Below, in pieces: positions 1 to 11,700 of a stretch of 64,000 nucleotides of DNA. The DNA is taken from the NCBI GenBank assembly GCA_002269645.1, contig NIVC01000494.1, positions 1-64,000 of the forward strand. Direction: 5' to 3'. The DNA is from Macrostomum lignano. Its lineage: Eukaryota. Position 1 is the first letter of the stretch. Every line of letters starts with the position of its first letter. A program made the position numbers and the translations under genes. Below the pieces are notes generated by a model. That model was not told the DNA's origin. It searched no databases and was given only the letters and a program-made list of their open reading frames with translations.

Positions 1-649
1 TGGATTATATATTTGTGTTTAATGACCAGGCAGGCAGACCAGTCAGTGAGCCAGGCACTAAATTATTCACTGAACTTTAAGGGTAGTATCTCCTACCCCG
101 GATTTATAGGAGTTACCGCTTAGGAATATATACTTAGTGATTAAGTCATGGCAGTTATAGCAGCAATTCTACATCGAAATCGTAGGCCATTATTATCGTC
201 ACGGTCACGGACGACGTGACTCGTGTCTTGTGGAGTGGAGTTGTGGACTAGCTTAATCATAATATATTCGCAAAATTAATTTTATTTAAATCCACAGTTG
301 TTGACTCGATCACGATAAAACTGGAATCAGTTTCAAAGAAAGCTAAAGAAATTTTCTAAGATTTTATTTTTCTTATAATTTCAGCATTGCTTATGATTCC
401 GAAAAACGGTATCCTATTGCTCCTAATTTGTGTTTTTGTTTGTATAAAGCTAATGCGCGTACAGTTTGTAAGCGTGTTATTTATTGGCACGTCACATGCT
501 GAAGTTCTGAAGGCATGTAGGTCAAGGAGCTCTATACCCATTGATAATTCGAATATGACTTTCCAGCTCTATTTTCTGTACTCTTTAAGCCTACGAATGG
601 AACATTAGACTTCATGTACATTCATGTGTAGTGTAAATTGTTTACGTAC

Positions 650-2340
650 ATTTGAATCGAGAGTACATTATGAAAAGAGTCGGCCAAGTGTGGCAGAAAC
701 GACGAAGTGCTGCAGCAGGCCCTGATGACAGTGGAAAGACTGCGGAGGGGTGGACAGCCTGCGGAGAAGGAAGAGGGAGACTAGCGGAGACAAAAAAACC
801 GCGGGTGCCGCGTCTGGTCGGTCGTCTATCAGCTGACAGGCCGCAAGAGATGCAAAGCGCTGAACCTGGCGGGTGGACACGCCAGAAGCTGAGAGGCGAA
901 ACGACCTGTGGACCTGATCTTCTATTGGAATCGTCATATCATTGTCCACGGCGGAGGTTGCGCTGCCAGAGGAGCTTCTTAACACCAGCAGGCCCCATCA
1001 CCATCGACGAGGTGCTACAACTTACAAGAAAACTCCAGGCAACAAGGGCTTAGGACGACCCGACAACGACATGCCATTCGAAGTGCTGCGCGCAGGTCGC
1101 GTTGGAAGTCACGCCCCGCCCCTGCTGAGTGGCGGACTGCACATACGAGCTATCGTCGGGATCCCAAAGAATTTCTTGCAGGCTCCGTCAAGATCGAAGT
1201 GCATCGCCGGATTTCACTAATGTCTTGCACGGCGGCAAACTATTTAACAGGGTTCTGCTGTCACGCAGCTGCAGCCGGTTCTGGACCCGTTCCTCCGGCG
1301 CGAGCAGAAACATGATTCCGGACAGGCAGAGAGGCACTGTGACCTACAATGTAAATTCTCGCTCTACGCCGCATTTTAATTAGGAGGGGCCCGCATCCAC
1401 CAGTCGACCTGGACCATCATCTGCATCTTCATGGACTTCCTGAAGGCCTTTGACTCGGTGTCGAGGCGGAGGGTCATCGTGAATATCCTGCGTGCGTATC
1501 ACGTGCTTGAGCAGCTGGTGACGGCTGTGACGGCTGTACCAGGAGACCAGGGTGGCAGTTGTGACACCGCGGATGGCCTTTCCAAATTTTTCGACACGTC
1601 CTCCGGCGTTCTCCAAGGGACACCTGGCCCCTTTTCTGTTCGTCCTGGTCCTGGACTGAGTCGCTGACCCTGACAACTCAAACGGATTCTCTTGCTCTGT
1701 CGCAGAACAAGCAGGCGATCGCGATACCCTGAGAAGCGACTCTCCCTCCTAGCGTACGCGGACGACCTAGCGCTGCTGTCTAGCTCAGCTGAAGGAGCTC
1801 AACGCCTGCTAGACCAGCTGACGGCGGCGGCCGCTGCGATCGGACTGTCCGTGATCACCAAAAAGACAATGGTGCTGACCGTACCGACGGACCTCCCAGC
1901 TGAGATCTACTGCCGCTGCACGAACGGGCAGGTGGCGTTGTTGCCCCGCTGCAAATAATTTATCTACCCCGACGGTCTAGTGCCAAGCATCATGGACGAC
2001 ATAGCGCGGCGCAGGGTGCTTGCCTGGGGCGCATTTCGCACCGTGCGGACTGTCCCCGCGTTGCCGGATCGGCTGAGAGGACGGCTGTTCCAGGCAGTCA
2101 TAGAAACCGTCCTTCTTTACAATGCTGAAACGCTGACCGGCTCGCAGGAGCGGTAACTCGAGGCCGCTCACGCTGGACTTCTACGAGCCGCCTACAGTGT
2201 CCACTACTCGCCGACCGCCACCAAAAACACCAGCAATGACGAGCTTTACCGTCGGCCCAGCTCTCCCGACCCAGCCAGCTGCTGCGCATCCAGCACCTAC
2301 AGCTGGCCGGTCGATAGACCGGTCGACGTCGATAGACCGG
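650..2340 (+). mobile_element. Degenerate non-LTR retrotransposon (RTE-like reverse transcriptase, many frameshifts); boundaries approximate
   Basis: RT motifs are spread across frames: DFLKAFDSV (1431), SSGVLQG (~1600), LAYADDLALL (~1750), and ETVLLYNAETLT...LEAAHAGLLRAAY (~2100-2190), the last typical of the RTE post-RT region. Confidence 0.8.
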
Positions 2341-3570
2341 GAACGTCGGATTGCTGTACGGGCCTCCTTACAGAGCTTTTAGTGTATAGAGTGACAGAAA
2401 TATCCGTACTACTAAAAGCTTATATAATGCACTCTTCCATATTCTCTTCATCTTCCGAGTGAACCTCATACCTTAGTCACATAACCGACTGCTGGGGCGT
2501 CGCCACCGGGAGACAGGAGAACATGTCCCCCCCCCCACCCCCAGTGAAATTAATTTGTTTCAAGGCGCCAAAATGCGAGTGCCTGAGGTCCTACAACGTA
2601 CATGCAGTGTATATGTAGCCAAAACGATCAAGTGCCTGTGGTAATATGTCGGCATTTAGTCGTACATGTACATGTAGAGTCCTTCCCCCCAGCTACCATA
2701 AAATTGATATAATAACCGAGATTCTGAGCAAATTTCTAACTGAATAATTAATGATGCTGAGCTGTGTTTTTAAGATAGTTAACTGTAAATACAAGCTATA
2801 TATGTACACCTCCAAGAAATTAAAACTCCCAAGCGCAACTGACATTTTACTATGATGCGGATAATAGGTGGTTCTACTGTTTAACTAAATGCGGTCTACA
2901 GTCGCAAAAAACACGATAATTAAAAAATCACAAGCACGTATTTACGTGCATGTATGCATAAGTTATGCCAATTAATAAAAAAGTGCAAAATACGCGTCAG
3001 TCAGTTAATTATAGACATCTTTGCTCTAAGAATTTGCGGCTGCTAATTTAATTAATATAGGCTCAGACAATGCAGTTTCAATAAAAGCTTAAAAAATTCG
3101 TGGAACCAAAGCCAGCTGTCAAATGTCAACTGCTGCAGCTCCTGAGTGAACTTCTCTACCAATTTGCATTTGTGTAGCTGGCCAGTTGTGTGCTACCAAG
3201 CGAATCTCGAATCTATAATGATTTTCTAATCGAATAGTATTGAAGAATGTCTGCTGCAGTAATTTACCGTTATCTGACACTGTCAAATTATAGCTGCTAA
3301 CGGAAAATTGTCCGATTTCCAACGGAAGCAACTCTCGGCATTGATAAGCCTTGGCAATTGGAAAACTTGAGTATAAAACTCAAGCTGTAGAGATTCCACG
3401 AAATAAAGTTATAATCCGAAACTTCTCCTATAAGCGAGAGCAAGAACTTCAGTCAGTAAAATCCTCTTTCTCGTGAGTAAAAACTCGTGGCTTTTTTGTT
3501 TCAATTTAGCTTTCCGACCAATTAGGCTCTCATAAAGATCTCAACCGCCTTTCAGACAATAACAGACAAA

Positions 3571-3834
3571 ATGCGTTTCTCCCTGATGCTCCTGGCTCTT
3601 CTGGTCGCCGTTGCCAAGGCCGACGTTCAGTTTGCCGCGGACAATGACGCCACTATTGACTACGACTTCAACTGCATGACTCTGACTCAGGAGAGTCGCC
3701 AGTGCCTCACCGAGCTGCTGATGGAGGGCCGATGCAACGCCGAGCAGCTGGGCACCGCGGCCAAGATTGCCAACTGTCTGGTGTCCGGATGCGGCGGCTC
3801 AGCCTCCGAGTACCAGAGGTGCATCGAGGTCTAA
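3571..3834 (+). CDS. Small secreted cysteine-rich protein, 87 aa, single exon, unknown family
   Basis: ATG-to-TAA ORF in a GC-rich island. Hydrophobic signal-peptide-like N-terminus (MRFSLMLLALLVAVAKA|DV) and six Cys. AATAAA at 3970-3975 is followed by a GT/T-rich tract. Confidence 0.75.
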   Translation: MRFSLMLLALLVAVAKADVQFAADNDATIDYDFNCMTLTQESRQCLTELLMEGRCNAEQLGTAAKIANCLVSGCGGSASEYQRCIEV

Positions 3835-4281
3835 GACTGGCATTGAATGATCGTTAATATCCGATTTATCAAATGAAGCTGGATGAAAGTACACACACAA
3901 GAAGAAATATACGCGAGCTTGTTGCAGTTGTCCCCGGGTCTTTTGGGGGCGTAGAAATTGTTGAATAGAAATAAAACAAGTATGCGTGACTGCCCGGTCT
4001 GGGCGATCGGGTTGTTTCTTTTTGATTCTGGTTATTCTGTAAAAGGATTACTGGTTTGATTTGGTAGTTCGGTCACCAGGCTTCCCGACAATTCCCAATC
4101 CTATAGCTAGTTACTTGGATAATTGAATAAAGAACGAAGACAGGAATCCAAAAAAACAAAATGTGTTGACTTAGCTGCAGGGCGCTCCGTGAGTCCGAAA
4201 ACAGCGTTGCCGCCCATTTCGATAACCCCTGGCGACCACGGGCAGCTGGTGCTGCGGTGTCGCGCAGGGAGTACTGGTTGT

Positions 4282-5322
4282 TGTTGTTTTTAACCCTCGC
4301 CAGGGTCGCGCTGGACAGGCAGCGACAGGAACTCAGCGACTTCAACAGGGTTGCGCCACAGGTCAGAAGGCACCAACTCGGTGGGGTGAGTCGGGCAATT
4401 AAAAGATGCAGGCAATCATGCGTGGCCGCGTCGCACTCAGGACAGCTTGGAGGCGTCTCAGGATTCAACCGGTGCTGGTAACTACGTAGCATAGGACTGA
4501 AGCCAGAGCGCAGTTGGGCGAGCAGAGAGCGGGTCCGACGCGGCAAGGAACGCTCGGAATCGCAGACGTCGGGGCGAAGGCCGACGACGCGGTTAGGAGG
4601 TAGGCCGTCGATGTGATTGAGCACGATGAGCGAGTGTTGAGCTCGCCTCGCCCTGTCCCAGGCTGCCGCGTCGTCGAGGACCGCCGGGGCTTCGACTGGC
4701 TGCCAGGAATCGTCAAAGAATGGTGCGGTAAAAATGGACGGCTTCATGCGCCGGCGCGGGGCCGGGCAGGCGAAAAGGTGGTAGCAGGGGTGCTCAGGAC
4801 GGCGAGAAGCCAGGAGGAACTGGAGAGACAGGAGCCTGTTGTGCTGCTGGACCGGGAGCATCCGGGTCTCGCAGTGAAGGTCGGCAACAGAGGTATTGAC
4901 GGTGCAGCCGGTGATGCACCGAATGGCCGCGTTTTGGACCGACTGGAGCCCGTTCCAGGAGGTGGACGAGATGTCAGGTCCCCAAACAGGAGCAGCGTAG
5001 TTGAGGATGCTGCGCGAAATGGCCTTGTAGGTGTTGAGCAGCAGCTCCTTGCAGCTGCCCCAACTGCTACCCGCCAAGCAGCGGAGGACGCTGTTACGTT
5101 TGTGGGCCTTCTCGATAGTGGCCTTGACGTGATGGCTGAACGTCATCTTCGGATCAAAGATCACGCCCAGGATCTATCGAGGCCTATTGGAGAGTCTCCA
5201 ATATGGTCCGCTTTCGTCCCGCGAGAATCGTAGGGCAAGTGGAGACGACTCCGACACCTGTCGGTGCAAATGGACCATGCTCTCTCTACCCGGGATCGCG
5301 CTCTTCGCGCTGCGCCATACCT
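4282..5322 (-). mobile_element. 5'-truncated LINE (I/Jockey-group-like RT C-terminus plus Cys/His motif) with (AAC)n tail and 17-bp target-site duplication
   Basis: Protein motifs ILGVIFDPKMTF...LAGSSWG...TYKAISRSILNYAAPVW and LAQLRSG...CPECDAATHDCLHL. The minus-strand tail is AACAACAAC. cagggagtactggttgt is duplicated at 4265-4281 and 5323-5339. Confidence 0.85.
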
Positions 5323-5690
5323 CAGGGAGTACTGGTTGTGCCGGTGTCCGCAGCACGGCCGGCCACCTCCTGGAGAGTCCAGGAGGTGGATTGTCGCTCG
5401 CCCGGTAGCCCTTAGGTAGCGAACGAGCTGGTAGAGATTCTCGGGCCTGAAAACGTCGGAGAGGTCCGGGTTTGGGCCGAGGTAGGTGAGCCTGTCCTGA
5501 GTAAAGGCGGGGCATTCACAGATGAAGTGCTCCGCATTCTCAACACCGGAGAGGCAGAATGGGCATTTCTCACTGCGGATTTTTCCCTGGAGGTAAAGAT
5601 GCCTGGCAAAACAGCCATGACCCGAGAGGGCCATGGTCACTGCCCTGATGTCCCTGCGGCAGGGCCCTGCGCAGGGCGGAGGAAACAAAA
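5323..5690 (-). mobile_element. 3' end of a second LINE (R1/LOA-like C-terminal zinc knuckle), interrupted by the element above; remainder probably at ~4180-4264
   Basis: LSGHGCFARHL...CPFC...ENAEHFICECPAF is a non-LTR ORF2 C-terminal CCHC-type motif. Confidence 0.75.
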
Positions 5691-7056
5691 TGTGTTAATA
5701 ATAATTGTTTATTTCGATGCAAAGGTGTTATTTTTATTTTCTTAATTTCTCTTAGTATCTTAATTTCCTTAGAATTTTAATGAGTGCCCAAATACCTCGG
5801 TTGTTGAGACAAGAATACTCCTTGTGCAATTTAACCTACATATGTACCTTTTACTAACTTCCTTTTTACATTCTGATTTTTAAAATAGACCACTATTACT
5901 ACTAGCTAGAATAACTAGTCTATCTACGAGCTAGTATCTGTGTAGTAATCGATAGCTTTATTGCAGAGACAATCAATTGAAGCAACATGTACGCATAATG
6001 CTTTAGTTGCCGGCATCATCTCTCCGACTCTGAACAATGATGGGAAAGTAAAAAAAACTGGCCTCTCTAGAAGTGCTAAACAGTTGAAGTAAAGTAAGTA
6101 CATCAGCGAGGCATAAAACAGCATTATGTTTGTTTTTATCGTATTGAATTATAAATTTAATCTATGTACATGTAAATGATGATTAAAAGGCAAAATTTAA
6201 ATTTGTTTTCCAGCTGTCAGGGATCTTGCAAATTTTCATTTGACACCGGCACGTTTGTCACTGGCCTTCACCCAGGCGGAGCTTGATCTGGGCCTTCAAC
6301 AGATGGCACAAAGCAATTCTATGGACACTCTGATGCAAATCTCTTGAGTTTCGCTGATCAAGCCTCGACAGTGGGCAAGCCTCCACTGCTGGACATCGTC
6401 AGCTAGCTAGTCTCTCAAGCATTCAGTCACTACCCCGACGCCGTCGGCACCTTCAACAGATGACACCAGGCACCGGATGGTGCCCCTGTGCTGCTCCGTT
6501 CTGGCGCAGCAACCCCCCCCCGCCCCTTGGTAGTTCTACTGTTAAAACAATTTTAACGAGAAAAATTTTGGTCATTATAGTAAAAGTAAAAATAGTTATT
6601 GAAGCAACAGACAAGATAACTAAAAGTATATGATCATACACACTTAAACAAGAAACGGAAGCAAGCAAAGAAACAAAATAGACAATTAACAATTTAAAAG
6701 TAAAAAAGTGCAGAATTATTGAAATTATTAATAAAACATGCCGACGAAGCTGCTTATATTTTCTCAATTAAACTACTGCACGACTGTACAATCCTGAATT
6801 TAGCAAAGTAGACGATTCGGAAGGCATGTTAAAAATCTTAATAATAACCTGTGTTATTATTATCCAACTAAAACCATTTGCATCGTAGAAGTCTCCGCAA
6901 CATCAAAGCTAAGAATTTGAATTGTAAATACATGAAATTTTTTGAAGTAGCTAGATCGGGATATTTATTGTAGAAATAGGAAGTATAAAAAATTCTTGGC
7001 TCAACCAAGACGTCTCTATATTCAGTCTCAGCCTATGCTCGGAAACTATTCCGATT

Positions 7057-8774
7057 CTAGCTGTGCTTCTGAGCTGCATTCTTCTTCCGGGTAGCAACTG
7101 GGGTTGACCTGCGGCTGTTCGGCTGCGATTGCTGCCTTCTTATGGAGGATTGATGCTCCTTGTCCGTTGTCGTTTTGGGCGACCTCAATGTCGAAGAAAC
7201 CGACATCGATGCTGTCGACGAAGTCAGACGCTCAAAAACAGACGCCGATCTGGATGTTGACAGTTTTGTTGCCGCTCTTGGCGACATCGGCGGCGGCGTC
7301 GATTTCGGTAAGGTTGACTTGGCGGTTGGTCCACTTCCGGTTTTCTTGCTTCCAGTTGGTGCACTTCCGGTTTTCTTGCTTCCGGTTGGTGCACTTCCGG
7401 TTTGCTTGCTTCCGGTTGGTCTACTTCCGGTTTTCTTGCTTCCAGTTGGTGCGCTTCCGGTTTGCTTGCTTCCAGTTGGTGCACTTCCGGTTTGCTTGCT
7501 TCCGGTTGGTCTACTTCCGGTTTGCTTGCTTCCGGTTGGTGCACTTCCGGTTTGCTTGCTTCCGGTTGGTGCACTTCCGGTTTGCTTGCTTCCATTTGGT
7601 CCACTTCCGGTTTCATTGCTTCCGGTTGGTCCACTTCCGGTTTCATTGCTTCCAGTTGGTGCACTTCCGGTTTGCTTGCTTCCGGTTGGTCCACTTCCGG
7701 TTTCATTGCTTCCGGTTGGTCTACTTTTAGAAACATTGTTCGTTCCGCCGCGCCGCTGGAACAGCGAGTGCACGATGGTCTGCGGAACGCAACGCAAAGC
7801 GTAGCTGCTGTCCGATCTCGAAGATTTTCGATTGGCTACGGGCGACAGAGCGGCGCTGGCGGTGCCGGAAGCACCCGGCGTGTTTGTTGCCATAGGAACG
7901 CGGCTAACAACAAGTCGACCACCGGCACCGATAGAGGCGCGCAGCAGAGTCGGCGCCGGAGTCACCTGCAGCACCGGCAGCCTCGACGGTGGCGGCGATG
8001 GCGAGCTCAGCAGGTAAAGGCCAAGCGCTTCATCGAATTTCAACTCGGCAACGCTCGGATCCTCGTTGAGAACGTCGACAGGCCGAACGGGACTCGGTGC
8101 CGCGGGACCAGCGGCTTGGCGGCAGCCGGCGGCCCCGGGCGGTGCCGATACGGGCGGACCGGCGCGCAGCTCCGGCCGGCGTCGAGCAACCATCGACACC
8201 GGCTCCGCGGACGGCGGCACGATTTCGACGACGGCCCGATTGACCTCGGGCTCCGGCGGAGGCGGCAGCGGCTGCGCTGACTCCGCCTGCAGGCGAATGC
8301 CGAGGATCCGAGCGTACAGTAACTCGTGGGACGCCGGCGCAGCAAAAGCCGCCGACGCGGCTGCTACTACCGAGGAGCCGCGTCGCTGGCCCGCTGTTGG
8401 CGGCGGCTTCTGAGCGGCATCAGTGGCTGCGGCGTCAACTCCGCCGACGCCGAACGCCGTGCGTCGACGACGCCGTGTCGAACGACCTCCGGCGATGGTC
8501 GAGACGGCGAAATGGCGAAGGGCAGCCTCCAGCTCACAGGAGGACGTCGATGATGCTGCAGATGACGCGGCCGAGGACGGAGACATGGAAGAGTTTTGAT
8601 CAGTAAAGATGCCGCTGTCCACGGAAGCCAACGACGCCGCGTCATCAGCCGGCTGAGGCGGCAGAGTGGCTGCAGAGCCGCCGGTCTCAAAGTACATGGA
8701 GACGCTCTGAACGTCGCGTAGCGAGGCGGTACCAGTGGGATTGTTCCGGCCGTTGCACGACGCTTTTGCGCTAC
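7057..8774 (-). CDS. Formin terminal exon (S/T/P/A-rich tail with a 10-aa repeat)
   Basis: aaacag|GT AGC... joins exon 8 in phase 1 and runs open for 1.7 kb into the 546-aa ORF. Confidence 0.75.
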
Positions 8775-11700
8775 CTGTTTTTGGTAATTAAAGAATTCGG
8801 AGTTGTGAGCTTGATGCAAATAAAAGGATTAGGGTCTCTGCTCTGGGAACAGGTGAAGGTGATCTAAAGATATAAAGATCATTCCAATGACCTAAAGAAT
8901 AATTGGAGATCAGACTTGGTGATCTACAGAACTGTTACAGACGAATTTGCGATCTGCGGAACTGGCTTTTTTAGCAGTGTCTTAATTACGATGTCTTTGC
9001 TGCCGTTGCAAGCTGTTCAGATAATTTGTCTGCTCCTGGTCCAAGTTGGTTAAGAAAGTAGAGAGAATGTTGAAGCAGTCGCCAAGCTGAAATGTGCCCC
9101 TCTCCTCGCAGAAGTACTCAGCCAGATTGATTCTCTCCTGATGCAGCGTGTCCAGCCTCTCCTGCGCCAGCTGCAGTTCGTGTCGCGATTTCTAAAAATA
9201 TAATGACGTCGCATATGTCACGTGATTTATTAGATTAATCGACCACGAAACGTCCGTATACATGTAAGTCACGTGATCTATGAGGTCAACGGGCCACGAA
9301 ACGTCCGCATACATGTAAGTCACGTGATCTATGAGGTCAATGGGCCACGAAACGTCCGCATACATGTAAGTCACATGATCTATGAGGTCGGTGGGCGTTA
9401 GCCGCTGTGCTACTTTGCCGTAGTGCCAAAAACTGAGCGTACACTTCGGTTCAAGTTCACGCGACATATTACGTCATAAAACTAGTACTTTTGAAAAGAT
9501 ATAAAGTCGCAAACCTGCAAAAATGGCGCCATGCTGTGCCGGAAATCCTCAGTGACCAGCCTCAGCTGGTTCTGCATCTGACCGATTCGGCCTAGAAAGC
9601 TAGCCACATCGCCGCTAATGACTTCTACGTTGACCCTGTGGGACAATAGCAAATAATAAGAATGCATGCCCCTCTAGAATGCTACGAGCGTAGCTTTTTA
9701 ACAAGCTTTTGAGTGTCGAGATCTTCGGCGTCAAACTTTGAGTTCGGTGCGCCGAAATGAAAATCAGGGGGTCATAGATGAGAGTCAGGGAGTGTCATGG
9801 AAACCAATGAGAGTCAGAGATGGTAAAATGAGTGTCGTGGAGGGATGCATGAGTCAGGGATGCCAAAATGAGTGTCATGGGGAAAATGAGTCAAGGATGC
9901 CGAAATGAGTGTCGTGGGTAGCAATGAGCCAGGGATGCCGAAATGAGTGTCATGGGGAGAAATGAGAGTCAGGGATGCCGAAATGAGTGTCATGAGGGGC
10001 AGTGAGAGTCAGAGATGCCAAGATGAGTGTCATGGGGGGCAGTGGGAGTCAGAGATGCCAAGATGAGTGTCACGGGGGGCAGTGGGAGTCAGAGATGCCA
10101 ATATGAGTGTCATGGGGGGCAGTGGGAGTCAGAGATGCCAAGATGAGTGTCACGGGGGGCAGTGGGAGTCAGAGATGCCAAAATGAGTGTCAGGGGCCAA
10201 ATGCATAGAGTCCAGTGGGTCTGAAGTGTAGTGGCCATCTCTAATACATGTAAACGCCCAACTGCCTCAAGTGAGTTTAACCTCGAAATTAAAGGGATAC
10301 ATACAAGGAAACTATAAAAAATATCCTTACTTAACAGCCGACGAAAGATTTGGCATAGAAGACTTCAATTCGAGTAGGAATTCGTGATTCTGCCTGGCAA
10401 CTGCCTGCAAGTTTGAGATTATAGTATACATGTATATTAATATTATTCTACTACTACTATGTCGTAATTAACCAACACGTCCGGTAGAATGCGCAAATGC
10501 ATAATGCAGAGAGTCTTCGGCAGAAGCAAATACGTAATTTTATGGTGAAATTTGACACCACGCAAGCTGAAAATTGGGGGCATGCATGCGACGTATTAAC
10601 CATTACGTATGACAAACAATTAGGCGAGCGCACCTCGTATAGAAAGGTGAGAAGGCTCAACCGGCTGTTTGCCACCGCTTTGATGTCTCCTAGTTTTGTT
10701 AGACTGTGCAGCCGAAAGCCGGAGGCATTTCCGAGCTGAGCTGCGCCCTGAAACAATATTTAGTTATTATTAATATTTATAACAAGAAATTAAGCCAATT
10801 AAACCGTATTAAACCAATTTAAATTCTAGTGAACCTAAGTGAATCAAAGTTAACTAAACTAAGCTAAATTAAACAACAGTAAAATAAGCTATCTAATCTA
10901 TCTAAACCGTATTAAACTCGTATTTTGAGGTTGAGCTTTAACCTTTTAACCTTGAGGTATTGTTGATTTTAACATCTAACTCCAAACAGGTGGTCGATGG
11001 AATCTCGGCACTGCGCACCGCAACCTCGGTTGCAGTGCGACTTAGTTTTCCGGCTGTCGAGAAGGTGATGATGAATGATGACTGAGATGGCGTTTTTTCA
11101 TTGGGATGCAGCACTCGGATCGGACGCGAGCTGTCCTTGGGAAACTGGCACCACGGGCGACACGATCGAGCACGGCGGCCATAGTAGAGGTGTGAGCGGC
11201 AAACGACGGGGCGTTGGCCAGGCTTAAATGGGTCTGTTCCAGTGGGCTTACCAGGTGCTTGTCGGTGTGGAGCTTGCTCAAAGCGCTGTTGGGGTGCCCG
11301 GTCTGCACCGGCCTGCTGAATTGGGCAAACTGTCGCTGGTGAAGGAGAGCTAAGGCCTCTGACGATCAACATTGAGTCAGCAATCTCAGAAATTTGCTGG
11401 GATGACTGCTGTTGGAATCCCGAAAGTGCGATACGAAGGTCCTGTGGAAGACAGCGCATCAATGTGGCCTTGAACAGTTCCTTGTTGGGTTGTATCCGGC
11501 ACTGCTCCATCTTGCTCCGGAGCTTGCGCATGAAGATCGATGGCTTGTCTCCTCTGAGGTCCAAGACTTGCAATACTTCCGAAACCTTCTCCTGCTTGGA
11601 ATTCTGCAGAGTCAATGTAGTCACTGTTTTCAGTTGTTTGTACTGTTTTGGAGTCTGAGCGGACAAGTGCAGGGCCGCGATATCCTCCGGTAGATGAGAG

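Noticed and set aside
720-745. Hammerhead-like CTGATGA...GAAA
   Set aside because: Only 5 nt separate the motifs and no flanking stems were found.
2488-2560. ggggcgtcgccacc...catgtccccccc resembling a DNA-transposon end
   Set aside because: No matching opposite TIR or TSD could be found.
4180-4264. FSDSRSALQ resembling an RNase H motif
   Set aside because: Short, lies beyond the LINE tail and TSD, and has no other RNase H residues; probably the host element's 3' region or chance.
7104-8606. Plus-strand ORFs overlapping the formin terminal exon
   Set aside because: Antisense shadows of a GC-rich, repetitive coding exon.
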